Part shown: positions 17,386-18,092 of the stretch, one piece after another
Layout: every line of letters begins with the position of its first letter
Position numbering within the stretch: position 1 is the first letter of the stretch
Source: an uncultured archaeon
GTDB lineage: Archaea > Asgardarchaeota > Lokiarchaeia > Sigyniarchaeales > SOKP01
Reading direction: 5' to 3'
NCBI GenBank assembly: GCA_964583985.1
Contig: CAZOYD010000066.1
Span: 1-18,092 of the forward strand
DNA length: 18,092 nucleotides
Made by a program: the position numbers and the translations under genes
Notes under the pieces: generated by a model
Seen by the model: the letters and a program-made list of their open reading frames with translations, nothing else
What the model was told of the DNA's origin: nothing
Database searches by the model: none

Positions 17386-17423
17386 CTACACTATGTGGGC
17401 AAAATGTTTTTAAATACTAAAAG

Positions 17424-17432
17424 TTATAAAAA
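17424..17432 (-). promoter_or_regulatory. Candidate TATA box for tRNA-Asp
   Basis: TTTTTATAA on the minus strand, ~24-32 nt upstream of the mature tRNA 5' end; the AT-rich background lowers specificity. Confidence 0.45.
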
Positions 17433-17566
17433 GTGAAATACAACCAAGTTTAAAAATTTTATTCTTGGGCATTTAAATGGCTCAATTTGAGGGCTTATAT
17501 ATTTTCGTTAAAAAAAGGGTATCAAAATTAAAATTAAAAAAAAATTTGAAAAGATTTGCTAAGGAT

Positions 17567-18092
17567 CTACCAATTTGCTTTTAATTCCTTTTTCATTAAT
17601 TTTCTTATATTACCAATCGCCCATAGAACATACTTATAGCACGTTTTTCCCCAAACTCCTTCTTTCATGTATTCCATCATTTTATTTGGATCACTGAAAT
17701 CATACCCCGATAAATTTGGGCAAAGCACCGTTCCAAATTCCTTTTCAAACTCTTTTGCAAATTGGGCTGATTTCATGTAGGCAGGCATTACTAAATTAGG
17801 GGACATAATTTTTTTTTCTTTTCCTCCTAAAATCACCCCGACTGCAGCACACCCACCAACCACAGCACCGCATGGTCCAACCCATCCTTTCTCCGACTTA
17901 TAACCACCTAATCCACCAGATAAGGGGATCATGATATTATGAATTATTTCTTCATCACTTTCAAGTATTTTTAAAATATTCGTCAAAGTCGCTTCAGCAC
18001 AACCGGCAGGAAAAGATTTGGGTAGAGATTCTTCTAGATCCTTAACTGCTTTATCGAACTTCACACTAATATCACTTTCCGTGATTTTTTGC
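17567..18092 (-). CDS. C_GCAxxG_C_C family putative redox protein (5' end probably outside the window)
   Basis: GCAEATL, GGLGG, GPCGAVVGG, FGTVLC, KTC. The frame stays open upstream of the GTG at 18064 to the window edge (QKITESDISVKF...). Confidence 0.82.
   Translation of the reverse strand, partial: QKITESDISVKFDKAVKDLEESLPKSFPAGCAEATLTNILKILESDEEIIHNIMIPLSGGLGGYKSEKGWVGPCGAVVGGCAAVGVILGGKEKKIMSPNLVMPAYMKSAQFAKEFEKEFGTVLCPNLSGYDFSDPNKMMEYMKEGVWGKTCYKYVLWAIGNIRKLMKKELKANW

Larger units (their letters stand above)
17263..17400 (-). tRNA. tRNA-Asp(GTC) with two 30-nt non-canonical introns and encoded CCA
   Basis: Spliced 78-mer GCCCACATAGTGTAGTCCGGTCCAGCATTCGGGACTGTCACTCCTGCGACCCGGGTTCAAATCCCGGTGTGGGCGCCA folds into a full cloverleaf. 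Acceptor GCCCACA/TGTGGGC, G73, anticodon GTC at 17334-17332. Confidence 0.96.

Noticed and set aside
17251-17436. 61-aa + strand ORF
   Set aside because: Antisense to the tRNA-Asp gene; spurious.

Overview
AT-rich archaeal window. An archaeal-type tRNA-Asp with bulge-helix-bulge (BHB) introns, a TIGR04013-type radical SAM gene and an SCP2 gene suggest an Asgard/Lokiarchaeia-like host (inference). The left part (1-12463) is ordinary: TatD, FGase-like hydrolase, B12 radical SAM, MutY-like glycosylase, CoA-transferase-GNAT fusion, HtpX, U32 protein and a membrane esterase. The right part is unusual. The apparently truncated SCP2 lipid-carrier gene (14205-14692, minus) has two ~30-nt hairpin insertions, each forming a BHB motif. 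Cutting both at the canonical archaeal splice positions restores a complete 142-aa SCP2 frame, so these look like tRNA-type micro-introns in an mRNA. About 2.6 kb away, tRNA-Asp(GTC) has two 30-nt non-canonical introns (15/16 and 59/60), and one shares a 9-mer with an SCP2 intron. Two free-standing homing-type endonuclease genes (Zn-ribbon/Vsr-like and LAGLIDADG) lie between the two intron-bearing genes. Downstream of SCP2 is a mosaic: a GNAT toxin-antitoxin pair, an esterase fragment, a GC-rich hairpin and a near-exact copy of SCP2 exon 3.
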